From Octopus sinensis (Eukaryota): DNA of 64,000 nt. The position numbers were made by a program, and so were the translations under genes. Under the pieces are notes generated by a model. It saw nothing but the letters and a program-made list of their open reading frames with translations, was not told where the DNA came from and did not search any database. The stretch is from contig NC_043009.1 in the NCBI RefSeq assembly GCF_006345805.1, positions 52,204,001 to 52,268,000 of the forward strand. The letters are read 5' to 3'. Position 1 is the stretch's first letter. Each line of letters begins with the position of its first letter. Shown here piece by piece: positions 14,221 through 26,588 of the stretch.

Positions 14221-14947
14221 CTACGACAAACAATTAATATACCTCAACTTTAGAATAAAAGAAAAAAATATATATACACACACAAATACTACACTCCATA
14301 GAATCCATTACTAATCAGCCCCTACATAGCTATATTTACACCCATTCATATTCTCCCTTCTCTGTTTTTTTCTTCTTCTTCTTCTTCCTCTTCTTATTCA
14401 TATCATCGTTATCATCATCATCGGCATCATCATCATCGCCACCATATCACCACCATCTTCTCCTTCTCTTCTTCTTCTTCTCTTTTCTTCATCATCATCG
14501 TTATCATCATCATCGTCGTCATAATCATCACCACCATCACCATCATCGTCATCCTTCTCCTTCTCCTTTCCTTCTTCTTCTTCTTCTACTTCTTCTTCTC
14601 CACCCCCTACCCCTTAAGTTTGTCACTAAGTTTTTTAGTAAACACCTACGCTAATTCTATAAACAAGCCTGTCAATATAAATATTCTCCTGAATTGAACT
14701 GAGACTGCCAGCCGCCACTGACCATTCAAAATACGACCATCAGGGCACTCCCAGATTCTCCCACCCCCTTTCCTCACCAGCCTTCCTCTACTACCCTACC
14801 AAGAACTCACAACTACCTCGAACACACAAGTGCAAACAAGGGAGTCAGAGAAAGGCAGAATGCCACTTAAATCTGAACACTACTATAGAAATATTCTTTT
14901 AAAAAAACTTTTCTTCTAATTTTCTAAATTTAATTATTTAATCGTTA

Positions 14948-14985
14948 CAGTTGAAAAGGCCTCAAAATGACCGAAACCGGTACTG
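14948..14985 (+). ncRNA. Minimal type I hammerhead-like motif, U3-A8 core variant
   Basis: CAG-UUGAAAA-GGCC(UCAAAAU)GACC-GAA-ACCGGU-A-CUG, with palindromic stem III ACCGGU. The mirror copy at 11518-11555 (-) has a perfect GGUC/GACC stem II but a damaged 5' core. Confidence 0.6.
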
Positions 14986-17900
14986 AAATGTTCACTATAA
15001 AATTAGTTTAGCATTTTCTATTTTTTACTTGTTTTTTCATATTATTATATATATTATATATATATATATATATATAATATATATATATTATATATATATA
15101 CATATACCCACAAATATACTTGCATAAACAGGTATACGTGCACAAAACATTTACACACACAGCTTGTGTGTCCATACATGTAGTATTAAATGATTGAGAG
15201 GCGAGTTAAAAAATAGAAGATTAAAAATTAAGAATGAAAGTTAAATAGGGCGGTTAGGGATTACTTAAGGGGTGTTGTAGATATATGCTGTGTGGTTATT
15301 TAGGATGTATTTAGATTTGTAGTAAAATTCATAGATCGACATCTTTCATAATAAGAAATTCCAAGAGATCGCTAGGAATAAAATAACAACTATACCTCTG
15401 TGAGTCTGCTGCTTCTATTTCCTTTCTAGTCAAGCTCTGCTGTATGAAATAAATAGCTGGTCAAATGTTTTATCCCGCTTTTTGTTGCCATGTCCACTAT
15501 GTCGAGCAGACCACTTATGAAAAGTATTCCATCTACAACCAGGCTGTCTCTTACGGATATATGTATCAATAGATTATCAAATTATCCCATAGAATATCTA
15601 ATATTATATAACAGTGTTACATGAATGAAATGTGCTTACTACTTCTAGAAGGTTGAGAGACGTAACAGAAGATTTATCGTTGGCTCGATTTACTTGTTTT
15701 GTTGATGTTAAAAATGATAGAGAGGCATAGAGTGATGGGGGAGGGGGTAATAAAAACTTTCCTTGTAAATATCAGGTCGCATGTTCAGACACTCTCCATC
15801 GCACTTTAGATATAGGGTCGAGCGAAGCCAATATGAATCTAGATAGAACCTGTGTGTAACACTATTCGTTCGAACAGCACGTGTAATTTAAAACGCCAGC
15901 TTGTCACATATCTATCGTAAGTTCCAGTGTCTGTTGTGAAGTGATAGCTTCTGTGCTTCAATGTCCCTGAGAAATATGTCCGCGGGTGCACGGTACTTGT
16001 AGGGATTGCTGTGCTGGACAAATCAATGAATAGACACCATACTGATATAGACTACGTCTTCGGAGAGATAAAAATATGTTTGTATAGGACATCACCACTA
16101 CCTACAAAAGAATTACAGAAGAATTTATAACAATTCCAAAGTAACAAAATCTGGGAGGAGAAGAATTTCACTCACAGTAACATGAAAATGATGCAGCAGA
16201 GAACAACAACGAAGCTGCAAGGAAGCGCATTGATCCAATTCGACAGAAGCAGTAAAAAATAGTTCCGACTGAAGAACAGAGGGAAAAGTCGCCGATGTCC
16301 AATGCCCCATAAAAGACAAAGTGCTTAAAGGTAATATATTTTTTCACATACTTTCCTGAAAAGATTGGATAAGGATGGTCTTAGGGAACTACTTTCTGTG
16401 GAATGCTCAACTACATACATATTAATTCAGTGAGTTGTTATTATAACAAAGACAACTCCTTGTAGTTATTAATTAGCACAAGATAAACACAGAATAATGC
16501 TGGTCTTGTAATAATTATTAAAAGTTTTTCAGTATTGACTAATTTTGTTTTGTAGATGAGTTTTGATTCTAAGACTACCTTATTCAATGTAGGTCATACT
16601 ACGTTCAATAATTAAAGTATTTTGACAGATTCAATAAACAACATTCATTTATCTTAATTTTGAATTATATTGACTTTGATAGATTCATACGATAGAAAAC
16701 GGTATAGTTTGATGTGAGGCAGATGAACAGAGATGGCTGACGATTCCATTTCTTCGAGGTCCAAAACAATTTCTTAATTACAAACGAATCTCGCGAGATT
16801 AGCGCTCTTAATTACGATTTCTGTTAAATGACGATTTGACAAAATGCTTTCGTGTAACGAAGATGTGATATCAGAAGAGGTGAAAAAGCTGGTGGATAAT
16901 ACAAGAGGCAATGCAAAGATCTTCAAACACTTGCAAATGAAAGAGTTAACCGTAACAATTTAAACAACTTTACTGCCGTCATTATCCTAGACGGCGGAGG
17001 TCAAACAGCAACAGTAGCAACTTCAGCGACGTTTATTAAAAGAGACAATAGCAAGAATAATAACGGCTACCGACTCTGACTCCACCTCAAATGGTAGCAA
17101 TATAGCGGTCTCAGCCACTGCTAATATGGAAGCTAGACGAGCGACAAAAATATAATCTCATCCTGCATCAACTCTACTAAAGCTACAAAGATTGCGTCGA
17201 ATAAAGCCACGGTATTACCAACAATGCTATCAGCAATACCGACAAAAAACCACCGTATATATAACAAGAACGCTATAAATGCTGGCTCTGTAGCTGGTCA
17301 TTGAATATTATTTTAGCAGAACTTTCTACAAGAGGGGTGCAGAGAGCAAAGTAATTCAAATGTTGCGTCGTGAGAGAAGAGAGTAAGCCTCATTGTTCAA
17401 AAACCAAGAGCATCTTGAAGTGATTGAACTACATCACCAGTGTCGTACCGGCATACGAAGAGACACACAACTCAAAATAAATAAAAGAATGCCTCATTGC
17501 ATATATGGTGAGCTGAAGGCTTCGTTATTCGCGACGGATCCTACAACGACGGATGTTACAACGGATCATTTTGGGATCAACGGATCCCACAATGAAAATT
17601 AAATGAGAAACAAAAACTGTCAAATCTGCAATCACAATATCCGGAATAGCAAAAATCCACGATAGGGTTCACAGAAAATCAAAGGCATACACATGAGACA
17701 AAACCTTCAAGAAGTACATGGTAATATACATCTTATCATTCTACAAAGGGTAACTCTGGAATTACTATAAACACAAACAGGATAAGTGTACCCCCCCCCA
17801 GATCCATTGATCGGCCGATATATTCCTGTTGGGACGCAACAAAAATCTACATTGTTGTCATGAATTGGTTGGCTTGAAAATGTAATCGGTCTATGCATTG

Positions 17901-18300
17901 TTGTAAGGGATGTTTTGGAAAGCACCAAAACTGACTTGCATAGTTGTCTGTGGGATACTCAAAGCTTTTGCAATGTTTATGATACCGATTCAACGTAACT
18001 TAGAGCTGAGACTGACTCAAACCACAGAAATATTTAAAAAGGGCTTTATAGATAGTCACGTACACATTCAAATTTATCTCAATCTACGGCGTCTGGATAA
18101 GCATTTCAATAAAAAGAATCACATCATCACGCACGCGATAGGTTGCAAATCAGAGACAAATAATATCTTAGTCAAAACAAGACCTTACTTCATGGAGCTG
18201 ACACATATGGAGCACTTCTCTTTATAGAGGCCTGCCATTCTGCTATCTTTCTCTCTATCTAGCTAGCTTTTTATATCTCTATATATATTTAGCTTTGTTA

Positions 18301-18510
18301 GGGCAGCGAGCTGTCAGGATCTTTAGCACGTCGGGCGAAAAGCTTAGCGGTATTTCGTCTGCCGTTACGTTCTGAGTTCAAATTCCGCCGAGGTCCCCTT
18401 TGCCTTTCATTCTTTCAGTGTCAATAAATTAAGTTCCAGTTCTGTACTGGTGTCAATCTAATCGACTGGCCCCCTCCCTCAAAATTTCGGGCCTTGCACC
18501 TAGAGTAGAG
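18301..18510 (+). mobile_element. SINE family A (tRNA-like head), tail type 2
   Basis: ggcagcgagctg.cag.atc.ttagcacg...gttctgagttcaaattccgccgagg (B-box-like gttcaaattcc), ending cgggccttgcacctagagtag. Confidence 0.85.
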
Positions 18511-18650
18511 ACGTATATATATATAGATTTGTGTGTGTGTGTGTGTGTGAGTGCGTGAGCACGTGTGTATGTAATCATCATATTTATACATTCCGGCATT
18601 CTCATATATACAAATATATTTATAAATGTGCATATATATATATTTATATA

Positions 18651-18704
<54 letters not shown>

Positions 18705-19681
18705 CTATATATATATATATATGGATATATATATATATATATATATATGCTAGACTAAATTATCCGTACCCGTTGGGTCACCGGGAAAGTCTGACTTTCG
18801 CACCAAGCGTGTTTTGTTTCATGTGGGATTTTTTTCATTTTATTTGGAAGCTTTCAACGAATGTGACATAGAAATCACACGTGAACGGCACCTTAACCCC
18901 AGAAAAGGCTGCTATTTCTAACACGCCTTGCTACCAGGTAACACATATTACGAGTCCTTTATCGCAAATAGTTGTTACGTGGTAGTAGGAGTGCTAGAAA
19001 TACATGCTAAATCCTTTTGTGGTGAGATACGTTGAATGCACTCGAAAAAGAACTATGAAAAAATATTTCACGCTAAGGTTACGAACAGGTCTTTTACGAA
19101 ATATTTACCGTATTTATAAAGTCATTTTTACTTGAAAATATTTTCTAAATATGCCCCACTAGATTTGTAATGGTATTCTTTTCAAAATAATATTGAAAAA
19201 AAATTTTCATATTGTCTTTTTAAAGAAAGCTAACATATAAGTACTTAGTGCACAAACAACTTATATTCTTGAAATAACATTCACTTAAAAATATTTCTAA
19301 ATGATTAAAATATTGTTTTTCACAAAAGCGAAAACAGGAACATTTACTGTAAAAAAAAATAAAATCGTATTATTTCGATATCAAGTCTCTGTGTCTAATC
19401 ACTGTGTTTAATCAAAAGGTTTCCAATCAAAAGTTTTCTTACATTTCGGGATAAAGTTATATTCTGAACAGTTTCCTATTGTGCACCGTTTTGGTCATTT
19501 ATACCCCCACCCAACCCCGAATATCTCAATAAGTGCGGGTTTTATTTACGCGAAAGGTGTTTCATTGCGTTTGTATTAACATTTCAGAGGCAACTCAATT
19601 CATAGTATTTTCCTATTTTGCGTCAGTTTGGCTGTTTAACATTGCAGGCAACATTAAACTTCACTTTTATTAGTATATATA

Positions 19682-19720
<39 letters not shown>

Positions 19721-19911
19721 AATATACATGCATATTCATAAGCCGTTGGAAAACTGATTATAGCAGCGACTATATCTAAGAATATCAGAAGAAGGTATAT
19801 TATCCCGAAATATCATGTCAAACTATGGATGACTAAATTACTACAGGTATATTGCCCATTGTCTGTATTATAGTGCATTGTTGTAGCATTCAAAACTTTT
19901 TTTTTCTTTAT

Positions 19912-19953
<42 letters not shown>

Positions 19954-19995
19954 TACATACATACATACATACATACATACCTACACACACACACA

Positions 19996-20043
<48 letters not shown>

Positions 20044-21112
20044 ACATACATAAGAGTAAGTGATAGCATTTAGAAGAGTTAAATTTATGACTTATTTGGT
20101 GTTTGTTTCACGTTATCATTCGCGACGCCAGATGTCTTATGACGTGGAGTTTAAGCCCGCACACGAAATTTTTATCATTTTTCGTATATAAGCGTAGGTG
20201 CGTGTGAGACTTTGTAGATAATACGATACAGACATGTTTATATAGAGAGAGGTACACATACATGTATAAATGCGATTACATAGATCTATGTATGTATGAA
20301 GATATATGCGTGTGTATGTAGGTGGTGGCAGGTATGTAATCATGAATAGAATATATCTGTGTGCGAATGTCTGTGTGTCAGTGCTTGCGCTGTGTTTGCA
20401 TGTGCACGCACGTGTGTGTATGTGTGTGTGTGTGTGTGTCTTTAACGATATCTATATGTAACTAAGCATGTATGAAGGAACAATATTGAGTAATGAAATA
20501 GGAAAGAGTCGTCATATATCTACGCTCTACATAAATGTTTAATGAGGATATAAAAGGTATTTGGTCTAACACCTGCTGCTGTATGCAAATATTATTACAT
20601 TCTCCTTAGATCTTTCTCTTCTTTCTTTCCCGTTTTCCTTACGAGTTGATTGCCCTTTCACCAGAATCTGTCGCTACGAATATATCGTTTTGTTTAAAAT
20701 AATCCTTGAAGCTTCATTTGTCCAGCGATGTCACGTACGAGTATGTTCCTTAGTCACACATGAAGAGATGATATAGCACAGCAAGCTGAAGTGATTGAGT
20801 AAATATAGAAAGGAGAAGAAGGTGGAGAAGAAGAAGCAGAAGCAGAAGAAGAAGAAGAAGAAGAGAGAAGAAGAAGAGGAAGAAGAAGAGGAAGAAGAAG
20901 AGGAGAAGAAGGAGAAGAGAGAGGAGGAGAAATGGGGTGCAGCTTATATTGAACGTAACACGGGCTAAACAACGCAAAAACCTTCGGTATATCAGTAGGA
21001 AAGGCTACTGAAGCTGGTGTGGCATCAGTACGTGCGAATGGATGTGAGTGTCTTTTGGTGTATTTGTGGGGGCGTAAGTATTCATAGACGCATATGTATA
21101 TGCATATATATA

Positions 21113-21145
<33 letters not shown>

Positions 21146-21300
21146 TATATACATATATATATATACATATACATATATATACATATATATATATATAATA
21201 TACATACATATATATTATATACATACACATATATATATATATACATACACACACTCACACACACAAACACACACACACAATATATTATATATATACATAA

Positions 21301-21338
<38 letters not shown>

Positions 21339-21372
21339 TGTATATATATACGTATATATATACATACATACA

Positions 21373-21414
<42 letters not shown>

Positions 21415-21693
21415 GTGTATAGGTACATAAACAGATATAGCAGGCAGAAGTGGTGATAGCATGGTGTTTTTCTCTGTTCAGGTCAGAATATGGCATTGAA
21501 TCTAGGAGGTGTGGATTGTTCTCGGAGCTATCCCTATCCATTATACTTGCTAAGGAAAAAGTAATTATTAAATTAACAGAACAGATAACACGTTGTTTAC
21601 ATGTCGGGAAAGTCACCTACATATATTACTGCCCTGTAAAAACAACGCTGGAACTGTCATAAATATATAACTATACACAAACCCACACCTACA

Positions 21694-21760
<67 letters not shown>

Positions 21761-21904
21761 ATATATATATATATTATATAATATATATCTATAATATATA
21801 TATAATATATGCAAGTAGGTTGGAGAGGGTCTCTGAGTTTCGCTTTATTGGAAACAAAATTCTAAGTTATGGAGTAAACGACGGTGTGAGTTTTCCAAGT
21901 CCGG

Positions 21905-21962
21905 TCGCGTAAAAGGGCATGGCATCGAGCATGGAGGCTGGCTACCATGCCCTTTTACGCGA
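21905..21962. repeat. Perfect 18-bp-stem hairpin
   Basis: tcgcgtaaaagggcatgg (21905-21922) and ccatgcccttttacgcga (21945-21962), with a 22-nt loop. Confidence 0.9.
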
Positions 21963-22002
21963 ATTAATACAGAAATGTATTATTTGCATCCAAATTAACG
22001 TG

Positions 22003-22048
<46 letters not shown>

Positions 22049-22121
22049 ATCCAAACAAGAAAGCAAAAAAAAACAACAACGAGGAACAATATAGTATTAT
22101 TGGACGCCCAGGAAAGAAGGA

Positions 22122-22157
22122 GGGTTAACGTTTCGAGCGGAGCTCTTCGTCGGAAAC
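22122..22157 (-). ncRNA. Hammerhead-like motif, U4C core (also 23501-23536 minus and 26717-26752 plus)
   Basis: UUU-CCGACGA-A-GAGC(UCC)GCUC-GAA-ACGU-U-AAC. It has an extra A after A9, a 4-nt palindromic stem III and a short stem I. Confidence 0.4.
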
Positions 22158-22364
22158 ATATATATATATTTATTATATATATATATATATTATATATATA
22201 TATATATATATATTAATGTGAAATAGAAAGATGAATAATCTTGTAGTAGATTAATCAAAAGTTTAACCGATACCTTAGTAGCAAAAATCACAGCAGTGAA
22301 CAGCACGGTTGGAGGTACAACCATCTGGCGTTGCAACCGTGCGTTGGTGCGGATAATTGAAATT

Positions 22365-22592
22365 AAAACATTATTGGTGAATTGAAGAAATGGAGCTGAA
22401 CGCAGATTGAACAGAAATCGTTTTATTTCATTCTACACGTGTTTCGAAAGGCACAAATTACCAAAATCCGATTGAATAAGGTCCCATTATTCAATCGGAT
22501 TTTGGTAATTTGTGCCTTTCGAAACACGTGTAGAATGAAATAAACGATTTCTGTTCAATCTGCGTTCAGCTCCATTTCTTCAATTCACCAAT

Positions 22593-22600
<8 letters not shown>
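22365..22600. repeat. Long hairpin, 115/114-bp arms, 7-nt loop (degenerate copy at 23744-23975)
   Basis: 22365-22479 is the reverse complement of 22487-22600 except for one indel (tttt versus aaa). Loop ggtccca. Confidence 0.95.
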
Positions 22601-22636
<36 letters not shown>

Positions 22637-23198
22637 CATGTGTGTGTATGTATGTATGCATGTATTATATATATATATATATGTATAACTGAGCGCCACG
22701 CTTCCCGACTATTATTAACAGTAAATTTATATATGTACACACAAACATATATATGTATACAAACACATATACATACAGATAGATAAGTAGATAGATAGAG
22801 AGATATAAAGCCTGATTTGAAACCTACAATTACTTAGAATTAAGCACAAATATGGATGTCCATACGCTTCCATATAAACATACACATACGAGTGGACAGT
22901 ACGTCGAGAGTAAGGTATTATTAGGTTGTGTACAACACTAGGCAACTCGCTGGGAAAGAACATACATTTATTACAGCAATAAGTTACAAGTATATTGCAC
23001 ATGAATAGTTAAAATCCTTGTCTATATTTACCTTATGACAACTCTTTGATCGTATGAATACGGTTTTCTCGATTATCGTACGCACGCACCTAGAGACACG
23101 TTTCACACAAACGTAGTAGAGTAGCACATACACATACATACATACATACATACATACATACATACACATACCATATAATTGATGTCCTGATATAGTTA

Positions 23199-23241
<43 letters not shown>

Positions 23242-24499
23242 CAACAATTGAGGGCAAAATTAATTAATTATTAATCACTTTCACCAAGTGTTCAGTATGC
23301 AAAGGGACCATTCAAGGCAGTAATTTATTTACTAAGCCCTTTTATATAATATATATATATAAGTATATGTATATATATAATATAATATATATCTATATAT
23401 ATATATATAATATATATAGTTAGTTAATCCAAACAAGAAGCAAAAAAAACACAACAACGAGGAACAAATATAGTATTATTGGACGCCCAGGAAAGAAGGA
23501 GGGTTAACGTTTCGAGCGGAGCTCTTCGTCGGAAACATATATATATATATTTATGTATATATAAATATCTATATATTATATATATATATCTATATTATGG
23601 TGAAATAGAAAGAGAATAATCTTGTAGTAGATTAATCAAAAGTTTACCGATACCTTAGTAGCAAAAATCACAGCAGTGAACAGCACGGTTGGAGGTACAA
23701 CCATCTGGCGTTGCAACCGTGCGTTGGTGCGGATAATTAAATTAAAACATTATTGGTGAATTGAAGAAATAGCTGAACGCAGATTGAACAGAAATCGTTT
23801 TATTTCATTCTACACTGTTTCGAAAGCACCAATTACCAAAATCCGATTGAAGAATGGTCCCATTATTCAATCGGATTTTGGTAATTTGTCCTTTCGAAAC
23901 ACGTGTAGAATGAAATAAACGATTTCTGTTCAATCTGCGTTCAGCGCCATTCTCTCAATTCACCAATAATGTTTTATATATATTAAGATATATATATATA
24001 TTATATATACATGTGTGTGTATGTATGTATGCATGTATATTAATATATATATATATGTATAACTGAGCGCCACGCTTCCCGACTATTATTAACAGTAAAT
24101 TTATATATGTACACACAAACATATATATGTATACAAAACATATACATACAGATAGATAAGTAGATAGATAGAGAGATATAAAGCCTGAATTTGAAACCTA
24201 CAATTACTTAGAATTAAGCAACATATGGATGTCCATACGCTTCCATATAAACATCACATACGAGTGGACAGTACGTCGAGAGTAAGGTATTATTAGGTTG
24301 TACACCACTAGGCAACTCGCTGGGAAAGAACATACTTTATTACAGCAATAAGTTACAAGTATATTGCACATGAATAGTTAAAATCCTTGTCTATATTTAC
24401 CTTATGACAACTCTTTGATCGTATGAATACGGTTTTCTCGATATCGTACGCACGCACCTATAGACACGTTTCACACAAACGTAGTAGAGTAGCACATAC

Positions 24500-24532
<33 letters not shown>

Positions 24533-24570
24533 CATACATACCATATATATGATGTCCTGAATATAGTATA

Positions 24571-24614
<44 letters not shown>

Positions 24615-24888
24615 CAAACAATGAGGGCAAAATTAATAATTATAATCAATTTCACCAAAGTTTTCAGTATGCAAAGGGACCATTCAAGGCAGTAATTTAT
24701 TTTACTAGCCCTTTATATAATATATATATATAAGTATGTATATATATATATATATATATATAGATATTATATATATATATATATATATACATTTACGTAT
24801 ATATGTATATATACATATGTATATATATACATATATATATATGTATATATATATATATACATATGTATATATATATACATATGTATAT

Positions 24889-24936
<48 letters not shown>

Positions 24937-25953
24937 GTATAAGTAAGGTATTTTTGTGTGTATGTATGTTTGTATTGAACGGCTATTACTATATATGTCG
25001 AAAGAGGACTATCATAGTTCCAATATTGACTGATCAATATTACTATAATTCTTCTGAATTTCATCTAATCTCTTACTGGTTTCCAATATATTTCTATTGA
25101 AAGATTTACGACATAGCGGAAAGATATTTGGAGAATTTGTAATTCTTTCTTTTGGTTTTTGTCTATTATTATTTTGTTTACATACACTTTTTCTATGTTA
25201 CAATTTTAGAGTTATTATGAACACATAAATACATACCTACACATATACCTACACACCTTCAGGGAAACAAATACAGCAACATAGTCACAAACACATACAA
25301 ACGCACACATATGTTTCGTACCTTTTCTAATTACCTTGTTTTGGCTATTGGACTTCCACCATCCTAGGGCCCCATCTTCGAGGCTTTTCGTTGAAAGATT
25401 CGACCTCTGTTCTTCTTTTTGCACCCATGTATTTATTCTATTGTTCATTATTGCCGAAACGCTAGCTTACTGGGTGTACGAACAAATAAACACTGGTTGT
25501 CAAATTGTGGTGGTTGTCATACAAACGCACATAGATACGTTCATATATACCATAGGCATCTTCGAGTATCCGACGATCGAATCCACTCATTACGGTTTGG
25601 GCCGCCCCGTGCTATAATCAAGGACATATGACCAAAGAGCCACGTAATGGAACTGAACTTGGAGCAAAGTTGTTCGGTAGTAAACTTCTTATCGCACATT
25701 CATGCCTTCTCCTTGATTATTTCGTTTACAGAACTGTGGCCATGCTGGATAACTGGCTTGAATTGTTTCGTAGAGTTACTTTTGAGTCGGGTATTTATTC
25801 CTCTGCTTAACTTGGCCGCCGATCCGGCAGTTATAGCAACTTAGGAAGATCAACAGCAATAATGGGGATACAATCAAAAGTATATTGACATGCGTGTGTG
25901 TTGCGTGCGTATGAATGTGTGTATGCATGTTGATAAAGACAATACGAATACAT

Positions 25954-25991
<38 letters not shown>

Positions 25992-26066
25992 ATATATATA
26001 TATATAATATATTATATATATATATATTATATATATATATATATATATAATATATATATATATATA

Positions 26067-26110
<44 letters not shown>

Positions 26111-26158
26111 GTATATATATATATATATAATATATATATATATATGCATATATATATA

Positions 26159-26588
26159 GGCGCAAGAGTGGCTGTGTGGTAAGTAGCTTGTTTACCAACC
26201 ACATAGTCCCGGGTTCAGTCCCACTGCGTGGCACCTTGGCAAGTGTCTTCTACTATAGCCTCGGGCCGACCAAAGCCTTGTGAGTGGATTTGGTAGACGG
26301 AAACTGAAAGACGCCCGTCGTATATTGTATATATATATATATATATATATGCATATATATATATATATGCATGTGTGTGTGTATGTTTGTGTGTCTGTGT
26401 TTGTCCCCCTAGCATTGCATGACAACTGATGCTGGTATGTTTATGACCCCGTTACCTAGCGGTTTGGCAAAAGGGACCGATAGAATAAGTACTGGGCTTA
26501 CAAAAGAATAAGTCCCGGTGTCGAGTTGCTCGATTAAAGGCGGTGCTCCAGCATGGCCGCAGTCAAACGACAGAAACAAGTAAATGAG
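26159..26588 (+). mobile_element. SINE family B, full length
   Basis: tRNA-like head with A box (tggctgtgtggtaag) and B box (gggttcagtcc), a ccttggcaag motif, an internal TA/TG microsatellite, and 3' gcggtgctccagcatggccgcagtcaa. Confidence 0.9.

Larger units (their letters stand above)
11460..15043 (+). mobile_element. 5'-truncated Penelope-like retroelement with an inverted copy of its 3' portion upstream
   Basis: RT + GIY-YIG coding remnants on + (12739-14220) and a 3' UTR with GAA/GAT tracts. 11460-12738 is the reverse complement of 13764-15043. Confidence 0.92.
22041..24745. repeat. Direct tandem duplication, unit about 1.38 kb (22041-23418 and 23419-about 24745)
   Basis: Both units start gttagttaatccaaacaag and share all non-microsatellite blocks in order. 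Differences are mostly 1-nt indels. Confidence 0.95.

Noticed and set aside
19077-19109. ggttacgaacaggtcttttacgaaatatttacc, resembling the GUGAACA hammerhead
   Set aside because: The core is altered and stem II is only 2 bp; at best a decayed relic.
23032-23089. Possible 58-nt minus-strand exon (ctctag|...ataag|gtaaat), duplicated at about 24.4 kb
   Set aside because: No recognisable peptide, no partner exons, a weak pyrimidine tract, and the second copy has a frameshift.
25200-25860. Non-repetitive stretch with several short overlapping ORFs
   Set aside because: No motif recognised in any frame.
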